DNA from: Promethearchaeota archaeon
GTDB taxonomy: Archaea; Asgardarchaeota; Lokiarchaeia; Sigyniarchaeales; SOKP01
Reading direction: 5' to 3'
Length of the DNA stretch: 64,000 bases
Assembly (NCBI GenBank): GCA_016839585.1
Contig: JAEOTZ010000042.1
Coordinates: forward strand, 3,859-67,858
Below are positions 56,101-63,474 of the stretch, in pieces. Every line of letters starts with the position of its first letter. Position 1 is the first letter of the stretch. The translations under genes and the position numbers were made by a program. The notes below the pieces were generated by a model that was not told where the DNA came from, searched no databases, and saw nothing but the letters and a program-made list of their open reading frames with translations.

Positions 56101-58069
56101 AAATAGAGTAATCGTTGCTTCTTGTACGCCTAGAACACATGAACCATTATTCCAAGCAACTATTAGAGAAGCAGGTTTAAACAAATATCTTTTTGATTTA
56201 GCAAATATTAGGGATCAATGCTCCTGGGTACATAAGCATGAACCAGAGGAAGCTACAATGAAAGCTAAAGATTTAGTTAGAATGTCTGTTGCTAAAGCTA
56301 GAAATTTAGTTCCTTTAAAAGAACAAAAAGTAGAAGTAATTCATAAAGGAATAGTTATTGGAGGTGGCGTAGCAGGAATGACTGCTGCTTTAAATTTAGC
56401 AGATCAAGGGTATGATATATATCTAATAGAAAAAAATGATAAATTGGGGGGTATCGCAAATTCTATTTATCAAACTTTGGAAAACAATGATGTTCAAAAA
56501 TTAATTGGAAATTTAATAGAAAAAGTAAACAATCATAAATTAATTACCGTTTTTCTCGAAGCTAATATTAATTCTGTAAGTGGATATATAGGAAATTTTA
56601 CCACAGATATAACCTATGGTAAAAAAAAAGAAGAGAAGAAATTTGATCATGGGATTATTATTGTAGCTACAGGAGCAAAAGAATATATACCTAAGGATGA
56701 TGAATTTCTATTTAATCAAGATAAAAGAATTACAACCCAGTCAAACCTAGAAGAAATTCTTTTTACAAACGAAAAAAAGATAAGAGAATTGAAATCAATT
56801 GTAATGATCCAATGTATTGGATCTAGAAACGAAGAACATCCTTATTGCAGCAGGATGTGCTGCGCAGAAGCTATAAAAAATGCGTTAAAAGCAAAAGAGA
56901 TTAACCCAGATATCAATATTATAATTTTATTTCGTGATATTAGGACTTATGGCTTTAAGGAAAAATACTATAATTTAGCCAGAGAAAAAGGAATAATTTT
57001 CATCAGGTTTGATGAAAAAAAGCCACCCGAAGTTGTTAAAGAGGATAATCAATTACAAGTCTTACTAAATAAGCCAGATGTAGGAGAACTTAAAATTAAT
57101 TCTGATTTAATAGTATTAAGTGCAGGAATTGTACCTCCTGAAGGAAATTCAGAGTTAGCTAAAATACTAAAAGTCCCTCTTAATGAGGACAATTTCTTTT
57201 TAGAAGCTCATGTTAAATTGAGACCATCTGATTTTGCAACAGATGGAATCTTTTTATGTGGAACTGCACGAGGAGCGGCCAATATAAGCGAAAGTATAGC
57301 TCAAGCGAATTCTGCCGCTGCTAGAGCAATGACAATATTATCAAAAGAGATTTTGGAAACAGAAGGCATAACTTCCTATGTTAATGAAGATAAATGCATA
57401 GGTTGTGGTCGATGTGCTGAAGTTTGTCCTTATAATGCTATTGAATTGGTTGAGACTACAAAACAAATGGGTTTATATAGTAATGACATAAAAAAAGCTC
57501 AAGTAATTAAAGCTGTTTGTAAAGGCTGTGGAACATGCTTCGCAGAATGTCCTACCTCTGCAATTTCGATGAGTCATTTTGGAAATGCGCAGATTAAGCC
57601 AATGATTGAGGAAGCTGTGAAATCTGATGAGATCGGTTGGGAACCACGAATAATTGCGTTTCTCTGTAATTGGTGTTCTTATGCTGGCGCTGATTTAGCT
57701 GGTGTAAGTCGATATCAGTATCCTCCAAATGTAAGGGTTATAAGAGTAATGTGCTCGGGAGGTATGTCTAAAAGTTTCATTTTACAAGCATTTTTAGAGG
57801 GTGCAGACGGAATATTTATAGCAGGGTGTCATCTAGGGGATTGCCATTACATTAGTGGAAATGAAAATGCCTATCTCCGCTTGGAAAATCTTAAAGAATT
57901 ATTAAAAATGATTGGAATTGAAGAAGAAAGAATTCAAATTAATCAGATTTCCGCGAGTGAGGGAAAACAATTCTCAGAACTTATAACTGAATTTACAGAT
58001 AAGATCAAAGCATTAGGAGAATCGAAGATGCCTAAGAAAATAAGTAAAGCGAAAATTGAATCTAGCTAG
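53123..58069 (+). CDS. Giant multidomain flavo-Fe-S protein: HdrA core with an inserted GltD/NfnB-like NAD(P)H module, a second HdrA module, and a C-terminal MvhD domain (HdrL-like)
   Basis: 1648 aa with a TTG start preceded by AGAGGGA. Residues 1-156 are an HdrA FAD domain (GAGIGGC..DKTFPTNDCSMC). Residues ~157-566 are GltD-like (CPLPSVIGRICPRFCE; IVGSGPAGL; GGGDVAMDAA). The rest of the HdrA core runs from ~630 to 910. Residues ~930-1500 are a second HdrA with its N-terminal Cys domain (ICHCGINIGG). Residues 1505-1648 are MvhD (FLCNWCSYAGADLAG..GCHLGDCHY). Confidence 0.8.
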   Translation: MSEKNKVGSVMIVGAGIGGCQAALDLADSGIKVYLVDKEPSIGGVMAQLDKTFPTNDCSMCILAPKLVAVDRHPNIELITYADVLNLEGEAGNFNATINKKTRYIHEDKCTGCGDCVQECPVQVPDEFNQKLNNRKAIYLQFPQAVPFKVLIDKQGIPPCKDACPAHVNAQGYIALISKKSYQEALNLIRERCPLPSVIGRICPRFCEMVCNRAELDTPINICGLKRFVADYVRDNLEEEIIFLEDQKEEKVAIVGSGPAGLTVAYHLARRGYSVTIFEKEAFAGGMLRLGIPDYRLPPDILESDIEHIKKFGVEIKTNTPIGSDLTFEDLKKQGFKAIFIAIGLHNSRKMDFECKDIEDVIYGVEFLKELNLSRNVPNLKDKIVGVVGGGDVAMDAARSSIRLGAKKVIIIYRRSEQEMPASREEIERAREEGIEFKFLTVPTRDASGKGGKLSEIECVEMKLGEPDESGRRRPISIEGSEFKMKIDTLILSIGQEPDCSLIESASKKKLNINKWGYIESDKISFETNIPGVFAGGEIVEGAGSAIEAIATGNKAAIVIEKYLKGEDISELKETIPDYKVTDIITSAGIQDIESFSCQDRNEFTICLPEERIYNFNEVANGMDEESSIEEALRCLNCGSCCECFECVRACQADAVDHSLTDETISINIGAVILALGSDEYRPKIGNVYGYGEYPNVITSIELERILNASGPFNGEVIRLSDNTHPKKIAFLQCIGSRDKKIGHEYCSSMCCMYTTKEAVIAKEHLSTLEPTIFSMDIRAYGKDFDKYIERAKEDYGVRYIRSRIAAIKEIPESNDLKIRYETEEGKIIEEIFNMVVLSVGLQPNPNTAAFAKKLNIELNEYGFCKTTNFNPIETSRPGIYVCGTFKEPKDIPETVIEASAAAGAVNVLLSDVRNTLIAEKKDYEEIDISGEPPRIGVFICHCGINIGGVVDVPEVVEYASKLPDVVYSERNLYTCSADTQTIIKEKIKENHLNRVIVASCTPRTHEPLFQATIREAGLNKYLFDLANIRDQCSWVHKHEPEEATMKAKDLVRMSVAKARNLVPLKEQKVEVIHKGIVIGGGVAGMTAALNLADQGYDIYLIEKNDKLGGIANSIYQTLENNDVQKLIGNLIEKVNNHKLITVFLEANINSVSGYIGNFTTDITYGKKKEEKKFDHGIIIVATGAKEYIPKDDEFLFNQDKRITTQSNLEEILFTNEKKIRELKSIVMIQCIGSRNEEHPYCSRMCCAEAIKNALKAKEINPDINIIILFRDIRTYGFKEKYYNLAREKGIIFIRFDEKKPPEVVKEDNQLQVLLNKPDVGELKINSDLIVLSAGIVPPEGNSELAKILKVPLNEDNFFLEAHVKLRPSDFATDGIFLCGTARGAANISESIAQANSAAARAMTILSKEILETEGITSYVNEDKCIGCGRCAEVCPYNAIELVETTKQMGLYSNDIKKAQVIKAVCKGCGTCFAECPTSAISMSHFGNAQIKPMIEEAVKSDEIGWEPRIIAFLCNWCSYAGADLAGVSRYQYPPNVRVIRVMCSGGMSKSFILQAFLEGADGIFIAGCHLGDCHYISGNENAYLRLENLKELLKMIGIEEERIQINQISASEGKQFSELITEFTDKIKALGESKMPKKISKAKIESS

Positions 58070-58091
58070 TTAAATAATAAAAAAATTTTAT

Positions 58092-58931
58092 TTAATATTC
58101 ATTAGGTATTTTTTTAAGCTCTGCCAGAGAGAACACTGGGCCATCAATACAGACGAATTTATTACCGATATTACATCTTCCACATTTACCAACCCCGCAC
58201 TTCATTCTCATCTCTAATGAATTTAAAATTTGCTCATCCTTCCAACCTAGATTTACCAATTCAGCCACGGCAGTTCTAATCATTATGGGCGGCCCACAGA
58301 CTACTGCTATAGCGTTATCAGGAGATGGAGCAACCTTCTTAACTACTGCTGCAACAAACCCTACTTCGCGAGTCCATCCTTCCTCTTCGCGATCAATCGT
58401 TAGGACTACGTTAATATCATCTCTTTTTTCCCATTCTTCAAGGATATCTCGATATAATACTTCACCAGAATCACGGTTACCATAAATCACAGTAATATCT
58501 TTATAATTGTTTCTATATCTTTCATCTAAAAAGTATACGACTAGAGATCTTAAGGTTGAAAATGCAAATCCGCCCCCGATGATCACGATATTCTTGCCTT
58601 TCATTTCTTCAATTGGCCAGCCATTACCTAAAGGACCTCTTACCCCTACAGTATCTCCAATTTCAACATTGTGAAATCCTGTAGTTACTGTTCCCATCTT
58701 CTTGATCGTAAATTTAATAGACCCTTCTTCAGTTGGAGATGAGGCAATACCTATTGGGCATTCTCCTTTTCCAATTAGACTAATTTCTGCAAATTGTCCT
58801 GGATTGTAATCAAAACTTTTCAAATCTTCTTCTTTCTTAAATACTAATTCGAGAGTTTTTATATCGTTTACTTTATTTTCTGAAACAACAGTTTTAATTT
58901 TCGTAAGCATGGGAATATACGGATTAGGCAC
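58092..58931 (-). CDS. FAD/NAD(P)-binding oxidoreductase with C-terminal [2Fe-2S] (FlxA / HydG / AsrB / PyrK-like)
   Basis: 279 aa. It has an FNR-like fold (GQFAEISL; RGPLGNGW; IIGGGFAFS) and C-terminal CGVGKCGRCNIG....C. Confidence 0.75.
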   Translation of the reverse strand: MPNPYIPMLTKIKTVVSENKVNDIKTLELVFKKEEDLKSFDYNPGQFAEISLIGKGECPIGIASSPTEEGSIKFTIKKMGTVTTGFHNVEIGDTVGVRGPLGNGWPIEEMKGKNIVIIGGGFAFSTLRSLVVYFLDERYRNNYKDITVIYGNRDSGEVLYRDILEEWEKRDDINVVLTIDREEEGWTREVGFVAAVVKKVAPSPDNAIAVVCGPPIMIRTAVAELVNLGWKDEQILNSLEMRMKCGVGKCGRCNIGNKFVCIDGPVFSLAELKKIPNEY

Positions 58932-59982
58932 TTACTTTCTCCTCCCTTTTTGGTTCAATTTTCTTAATTTTTTCAATTATTGTTCTAAGGTCATTATTAA
59001 CGGGACATAATTGAACACATCGTCCACATCCAACACACCCTAACATGCCGTAATTCTCAGGATAATAACAAAATTTATGTAAAATTCTATTTCTAACCCT
59101 TTGTATACAACTATTACGTGGATTATGACCACTTGTATGTAACGTATAAAGGCAAGATTGGCACGTATCCCATATTCTAATTCTTCTTCCACGATTCTTG
59201 TTTGGAACATTTTCATCAATTACATCAAAACAGGTACATGTTGGACATAGGAATGAACATGTTCCACATCCTATACAAGTTTCACTTACTTCTTTCCATA
59301 TTGGATGATCAAAATTTGGATCTAAAATTTTGTCGATATCCTTTAAATCTAATTTTGTTGTAATTGATTCTTCTGCCTGTTTTTTTAATTCTTGAGCCTT
59401 TTCTATATCCATCTCTTTAGCATCAGCAAGCCACGAAAGCTTTTTAATTAAATCTTTACCTTTATCACTAATTCCCTCAACAAGATATTCATTTTGTAAG
59501 TCAACTAAAAATACATCCATATAATCCTTTTGAAATGGATTTCCTTCTACTGATGTACAGAAACAAGTACTTTTAGGAGTATTGCAACCAATTCCTATTA
59601 AAATTGTATTTTTCCTTCTATTTATAATAATTTCGTCTTTGAAATCTCCTTGAGAGAAAAAGTTTACTAACAAGACAAAACTATGAGCGTCACAGGGTCT
59701 TATCCCAAAAATTATATTTTGTTCATTTAAATTTTTAGGTTCTTCAAGCTCTATCTCATTATCATTAATTTTATATTCAAAAAGAATATCTTTCTCCGGA
59801 AATAGTATTTCTTTCGGTGGAACTTTAGAATTTAGATAGTCCAGCACTATTTCTTCGGGATTTGTTATTTTTCTAAAAACTATATTTCTCTTTTCTTTAA
59901 TTGGAGCAAAAAAATTATAATCTTTTGTTAAATCATTATATAACTTTATGATTTGATCTTTTTTTAGAATTTTGTATTCCAT
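58924..59982 (-). CDS. Fe-S subunit (FlxB / HydB / AsrA-like)
   Basis: 352 aa. It has GIRPCDAHS, CIGCGTCSFLCPTCTCFD and CVGCGRCVQLCP. It overlaps the downstream gene by 8 nt. Confidence 0.7.
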   Translation of the reverse strand: MEYKILKKDQIIKLYNDLTKDYNFFAPIKEKRNIVFRKITNPEEIVLDYLNSKVPPKEILFPEKDILFEYKINDNEIELEEPKNLNEQNIIFGIRPCDAHSFVLLVNFFSQGDFKDEIIINRRKNTILIGIGCNTPKSTCFCTSVEGNPFQKDYMDVFLVDLQNEYLVEGISDKGKDLIKKLSWLADAKEMDIEKAQELKKQAEESITTKLDLKDIDKILDPNFDHPIWKEVSETCIGCGTCSFLCPTCTCFDVIDENVPNKNRGRRIRIWDTCQSCLYTLHTSGHNPRNSCIQRVRNRILHKFCYYPENYGMLGCVGCGRCVQLCPVNNDLRTIIEKIKKIEPKREEKVSA

Positions 59983-59998
59983 TTTTCAAGTCCCCTTT

Positions 59999-61009
59999 TT
60001 AATCTTCCTCCATCATAAATTCTTCTTTATCCTCTATATCATAAGCCATCATAGGAGGCAAGCTTCTTGGATCAATACCGGTTGTAAAATTAAACCTTTC
60101 TTTTGCGATTTTTTCTAAAGATCTGTTTATTAAATTCAAATCAATTCCCATCGGGCACGCACTGCTGCAAGCTCCACAACCTACACATCGACCTGCCATA
60201 TGCATTGCGCGAACTAAATGAAATACAAAAATATCAGAATAACCCGTTGTTTTTCCAAACCAAACAGGTTGGTTTTGATCTACAAAACATAGATTACAAT
60301 AGCACATAGGACATGCTTCTCTGCAAGCATAACATCGAGTACAAGTCTCTAAAAGACTTTTTATATATTCCCATTTTTCTTCAGTAGTTTTTGAATCAAA
60401 TTCAGCAATATCAGAAAAATCATCTTCAATAACAGGATTTTCTAAACATTCACCAACACATATATCTTCTAAAAATGGAGGTGATTTAACTTGGCATACT
60501 TTACATAATTCATTCATATATTCATTAAAAGGAAATACTTTTTCGAAGTCCCTGCCTTTTACTATGATATTATCACCAGATACTGAGATATCAAAGATTT
60601 CTCTTTCTCCTATTTCATCTTCAATTTTCTTCCTATTTATAATTCCATTACAAGGAATTCCAATTATTTTTATGCTTTCAAGATCGAGTTGATGCTCTAC
60701 CGATAAATGAATTAAAGCCCTGCCGACACAACCTTTTGATACAATACCTACTTTCAATTTTTGACCTTCTTCATTCATAAGTGTTGGTATTCGAGGGACC
60801 AAATATTTGGCCAAATTTATATAACATAAATTATTCCAAATTAATTTATCTACATCCTCTGCTTTATCTATCACAATTGGTGATGAACTTAAAGGAACAG
60901 TACCTTCTGTGTATCCAATAATAACATCAACTTGTTTTTCTTCAAGTAGTTTTCCAGCTAAATCTCTTATTAATTGCTCAATTTCTTTATTTTCATTTTC
61001 AATTACCAT
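59999..61009 (-). CDS. Fe-S protein (FlxC / FrhB-FdhB-like)
   Basis: About 336 aa from the ATG at 61009 (MVIENENKE...). It has CTRCYACREACPMCYC and CVGCGACSSACP. It starts 5 nt after the mvhD-like stop. Confidence 0.6.
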   Translation of the reverse strand: MVIENENKEIEQLIRDLAGKLLEEKQVDVIIGYTEGTVPLSSSPIVIDKAEDVDKLIWNNLCYINLAKYLVPRIPTLMNEEGQKLKVGIVSKGCVGRALIHLSVEHQLDLESIKIIGIPCNGIINRKKIEDEIGEREIFDISVSGDNIIVKGRDFEKVFPFNEYMNELCKVCQVKSPPFLEDICVGECLENPVIEDDFSDIAEFDSKTTEEKWEYIKSLLETCTRCYACREACPMCYCNLCFVDQNQPVWFGKTTGYSDIFVFHLVRAMHMAGRCVGCGACSSACPMGIDLNLINRSLEKIAKERFNFTTGIDPRSLPPMMAYDIEDKEEFMMEED

Positions 61010-61014
61010 AAAAA

Positions 61015-61470
61015 TCACCACTCCGTTTCAAATTTTTTGTTTGGTCCAAGTTTCTTTACATTATTTGTTACTTTTTTAATTAAAGTCGCAAATCTATCAC
61101 CTTCTGATGCAGAAGACCACATGAAAGTAACTCTATCAGGATCTATCCCGAAAAGTTTTAATAAATCTTGTAAAATCGCAAAACGTCTTCTTGCAACTAA
61201 ATTTCCACTAATGTAATGGCAATCACCTGGATGACATCCCGAGACAACAACACCATCCCAGCCTCTTAATAAACTTTTAATTATGAAAAAAGGATTTACT
61301 CTTCCTGAACATGGAACCCTTACTATTCTAATATTTGAGGGATATTGGATTCTACTAACACCTGCTAAATCCGCTCCAGCATAAGAACACCAATTACAGA
61401 GAAATGCAATTATTTTTGGCTCCCATTCTTTTTTATCTTCTGATTGTGTTTTTACTTTACTCGTTAAAGT
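61015..61470 (-). CDS. mvhD: MvhD/FlxD homologue ([2Fe-2S] electron-transfer subunit); start undefined, with no ATG/GTG/TTG ahead of the conserved domain
   Basis: Hand translation of the minus strand gives TLTSKVKTQSEDKKEWEPKIIAFLCNWCSYAGADLAGVSRIQYPSNIRIVRVPCSGRVNPFFIIKSLLRGWDGVVVSGCHPGDCHYISGNLVARRRF...ETEW*. The frame is bounded upstream by TGA (61473..61471). The ORF track does not list it. Confidence 0.75.
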   Translation of the reverse strand, partial: TLTSKVKTQSEDKKEWEPKIIAFLCNWCSYAGADLAGVSRIQYPSNIRIVRVPCSGRVNPFFIIKSLLRGWDGVVVSGCHPGDCHYISGNLVARRRFAILQDLLKLFGIDPDRVTFMWSSASEGDRFATLIKKVTNNVKKLGPNKKFETEW

Positions 61471-63464
61471 TCACCCCCCATTATTATTGAAAATATCTGT
61501 TCGCCAGTAAAGCCAATGATATCTATTGCTGAACATCTACAATTACCAGAACAAGCACCACACCCTTTACATAGAGCTTCATTTATTTTAGCTACTGTAC
61601 CAAACCATTTATCCTCAACAAGCTCAATAGCCCCATAAGCACAATTTTCAACGCACATACCACAACCAATACAACGTTCAGGGCGAACGACAGCAAAAAA
61701 TGGTTCTATCTCAACTTCACCCTGAGACATTAACACAGCTGCGCTTGAAGCGGCTCCTTTAGCCTGAGCAACAGCATCAGGAATATCTTTTGGACCTTGC
61801 GCAACACCAGCTATAAAGATACCCTCTGTTAAAGTGTCTACTGGTCGCAATTTTGGATGGGCTTCTAAAAAAAATCCATCTGCTGATCTTTGTATTCTTA
61901 ATAGAGAAGTTATTATATCTGCATCTGCTCGAGGCTCTAAACCACAAGATAAAACAAACAAATTTACTGTTAATTCAATTGGTTGTTGAAGTAAAGTATC
62001 TTCAGCTCTTATGATAATATTGTGATCATCATCTTCGATTACCTCTGCTATTCTTCCTCTCATAAAATTGATTCCGTAATTTTGCCCTGCAGATTCGTAA
62101 AATTCTTCATAACCTTTTCCAAAAGCTCGAATATCCATATAAAAAATATAAATATCTGCATCTGGATGCTTTTCCTTATATTGCCTTGCTTGCTTGGTTG
62201 CATACATACAGCAAACTCTTGAACAATATTGATTTCCTCCTTCTCTGAAATTTCTACTTCCCACACATTGAAGAAAGGCAATGCTATGGGGTTCTTTAAG
62301 ATCCGAAGGTCTAACAGGCTTTCCTATAACTGGTCCAAAAGAACTTAATAAACGCTCCATTTGAAGTCCAGTAATAACATTAGGGTATCTCCCATAGCCA
62401 TATTGTTTGAGTTCAGTAGGATCATATAAATCCCATCCTGTAGCAACGATTATTGTGCCTACCTTAATTTTCAAATATTCTGGTTTATCATCAAAATTAA
62501 TCGCTTCAGGTTCACATACATCTATTCTTGCACATATTCCGCATTTAATACAATTGTCCATATCAATCGTATATTGTCCAGGTATAGCTTGAGGGAATGG
62601 AATGTAAATTGCTTTTCTTGTGGCTAATCCGAGTTCAAATTCGTTTCCAACGACAACAGGACAATAATCAACACATACTCCGCAACCAGTACATTTCTCT
62701 TGATCTACGTAATGTGGTTTTTTTAAAATAGTAACTTCGAAATTTCCTATAAAACCAGAGACTTCTACTACTTCGGAATAGGTTAAAAGTTCAATATTTT
62801 TCTCACGTGAAATCTCAGACATTTTGGGGGTAAGTATACAACTCGAACAATCCATAGTTGGGAACGTTTTATCAAGTTGAGCCATATGACCACCTATTGT
62901 AGGCGTTTTTTCAATTAAATATACTTTATAACCCTCTGTAGCCAGGTCCAATGCAGCATTCATTCCTGCAACTCCTCCTCCTATTATTAAACAAGAGGGT
63001 TCTACTTTCACTTTCTGGACTTCTAGTGGTTTTAACTCCCTTGCTTTTGCTACAGCCATTCTAATATGGTCTTTAGCGATTTCATATGCTCCTTCTGGAT
63101 CTCTCATATGAACCCATGTTGAGTGTTCTCTAATATTTGCCATTTCAAATAAAAATTGGTTCAAACCAGCTTCTTTACAAGTGATTCTAAAAGTAGGTTC
63201 ATGCATCCTTGGAGAACATGCAGCAACAACAACTCTATTTACCAATCCCGCTTCAATATCTTCCTTTATAATCTTCTGCCCTACATCAGAACAAAAGAAT
63301 TTATATTCTTGTGCTACTTCTACGTTTGGAAGTGTTTTTGTATATTCTACCAAATCTGGAACTGAAACAACACCACCAATGTTGACACCGCAATGACATA
63401 TATAAACTCCAATTTTAGGTCTTTCATTACCAGTAACTTTTATTTCTTTTTTAGCTTCTGTCAT
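61464..63464 (-). CDS. hdrA: Heterodisulfide reductase subunit A (FAD, multiple Fe-S), Cys form
   Basis: 666 aa. It has an N-terminal Cys domain (ICHCGVNIGG), GGGVAGMNAA, DKTFPTMDCSSC, inserted and C-terminal ferredoxin motifs, and overall HdrA collinearity. Confidence 0.9.
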   Translation of the reverse strand: MTEAKKEIKVTGNERPKIGVYICHCGVNIGGVVSVPDLVEYTKTLPNVEVAQEYKFFCSDVGQKIIKEDIEAGLVNRVVVAACSPRMHEPTFRITCKEAGLNQFLFEMANIREHSTWVHMRDPEGAYEIAKDHIRMAVAKARELKPLEVQKVKVEPSCLIIGGGVAGMNAALDLATEGYKVYLIEKTPTIGGHMAQLDKTFPTMDCSSCILTPKMSEISREKNIELLTYSEVVEVSGFIGNFEVTILKKPHYVDQEKCTGCGVCVDYCPVVVGNEFELGLATRKAIYIPFPQAIPGQYTIDMDNCIKCGICARIDVCEPEAINFDDKPEYLKIKVGTIIVATGWDLYDPTELKQYGYGRYPNVITGLQMERLLSSFGPVIGKPVRPSDLKEPHSIAFLQCVGSRNFREGGNQYCSRVCCMYATKQARQYKEKHPDADIYIFYMDIRAFGKGYEEFYESAGQNYGINFMRGRIAEVIEDDDHNIIIRAEDTLLQQPIELTVNLFVLSCGLEPRADADIITSLLRIQRSADGFFLEAHPKLRPVDTLTEGIFIAGVAQGPKDIPDAVAQAKGAASSAAVLMSQGEVEIEPFFAVVRPERCIGCGMCVENCAYGAIELVEDKWFGTVAKINEALCKGCGACSGNCRCSAIDIIGFTGEQIFSIIMGGEL

Positions 63465-63474
63465 ATAATTCCTC

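Noticed and set aside
61471-61478. The six-G homopolymer (CCCCCC on the plus strand) at the hdrA 3' end as the site of an indel that would fuse hdrA to mvhD.
   Set aside because: The TGA closing the mvhD frame lies immediately downstream of the G run. Changing the run length therefore cannot open the mvhD frame. Only an indel between the TGA and the TAA (the TTT/AAA run at 61467-61469) would do so.
124-63396. Numerous 60-125-aa ORFs nested in, or antisense to, larger genes. Examples: 124-357, 695-934, 2791-3105, 9040-9237, 11389-11761, 13500-13715, 16588-16803, 23105-23716, 25745-26005, 45660-45989, 50103-50474, 54157-54573, 62022-62592 and 63156-63396.
   Set aside because: Each lies wholly inside a longer ORF that has clear family motifs. 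Their translations are low-complexity or Ser/Leu/Phe-rich, as expected for antisense frames of AT-rich genes.
23613-63464. Checked whether the classical archaeal selenoprotein families present here (FwdB, both HdrA genes, both MvhD domains) use Sec.
   Set aside because: All are uninterrupted frames with Cys codons in the relevant motifs: NTASVCHGPS in FwdB, DCSMC/DCSSC in HdrA, and FLCNWC/GCH.GDC in MvhD. In this window Sec use appears confined to the two PRXL2-like genes.
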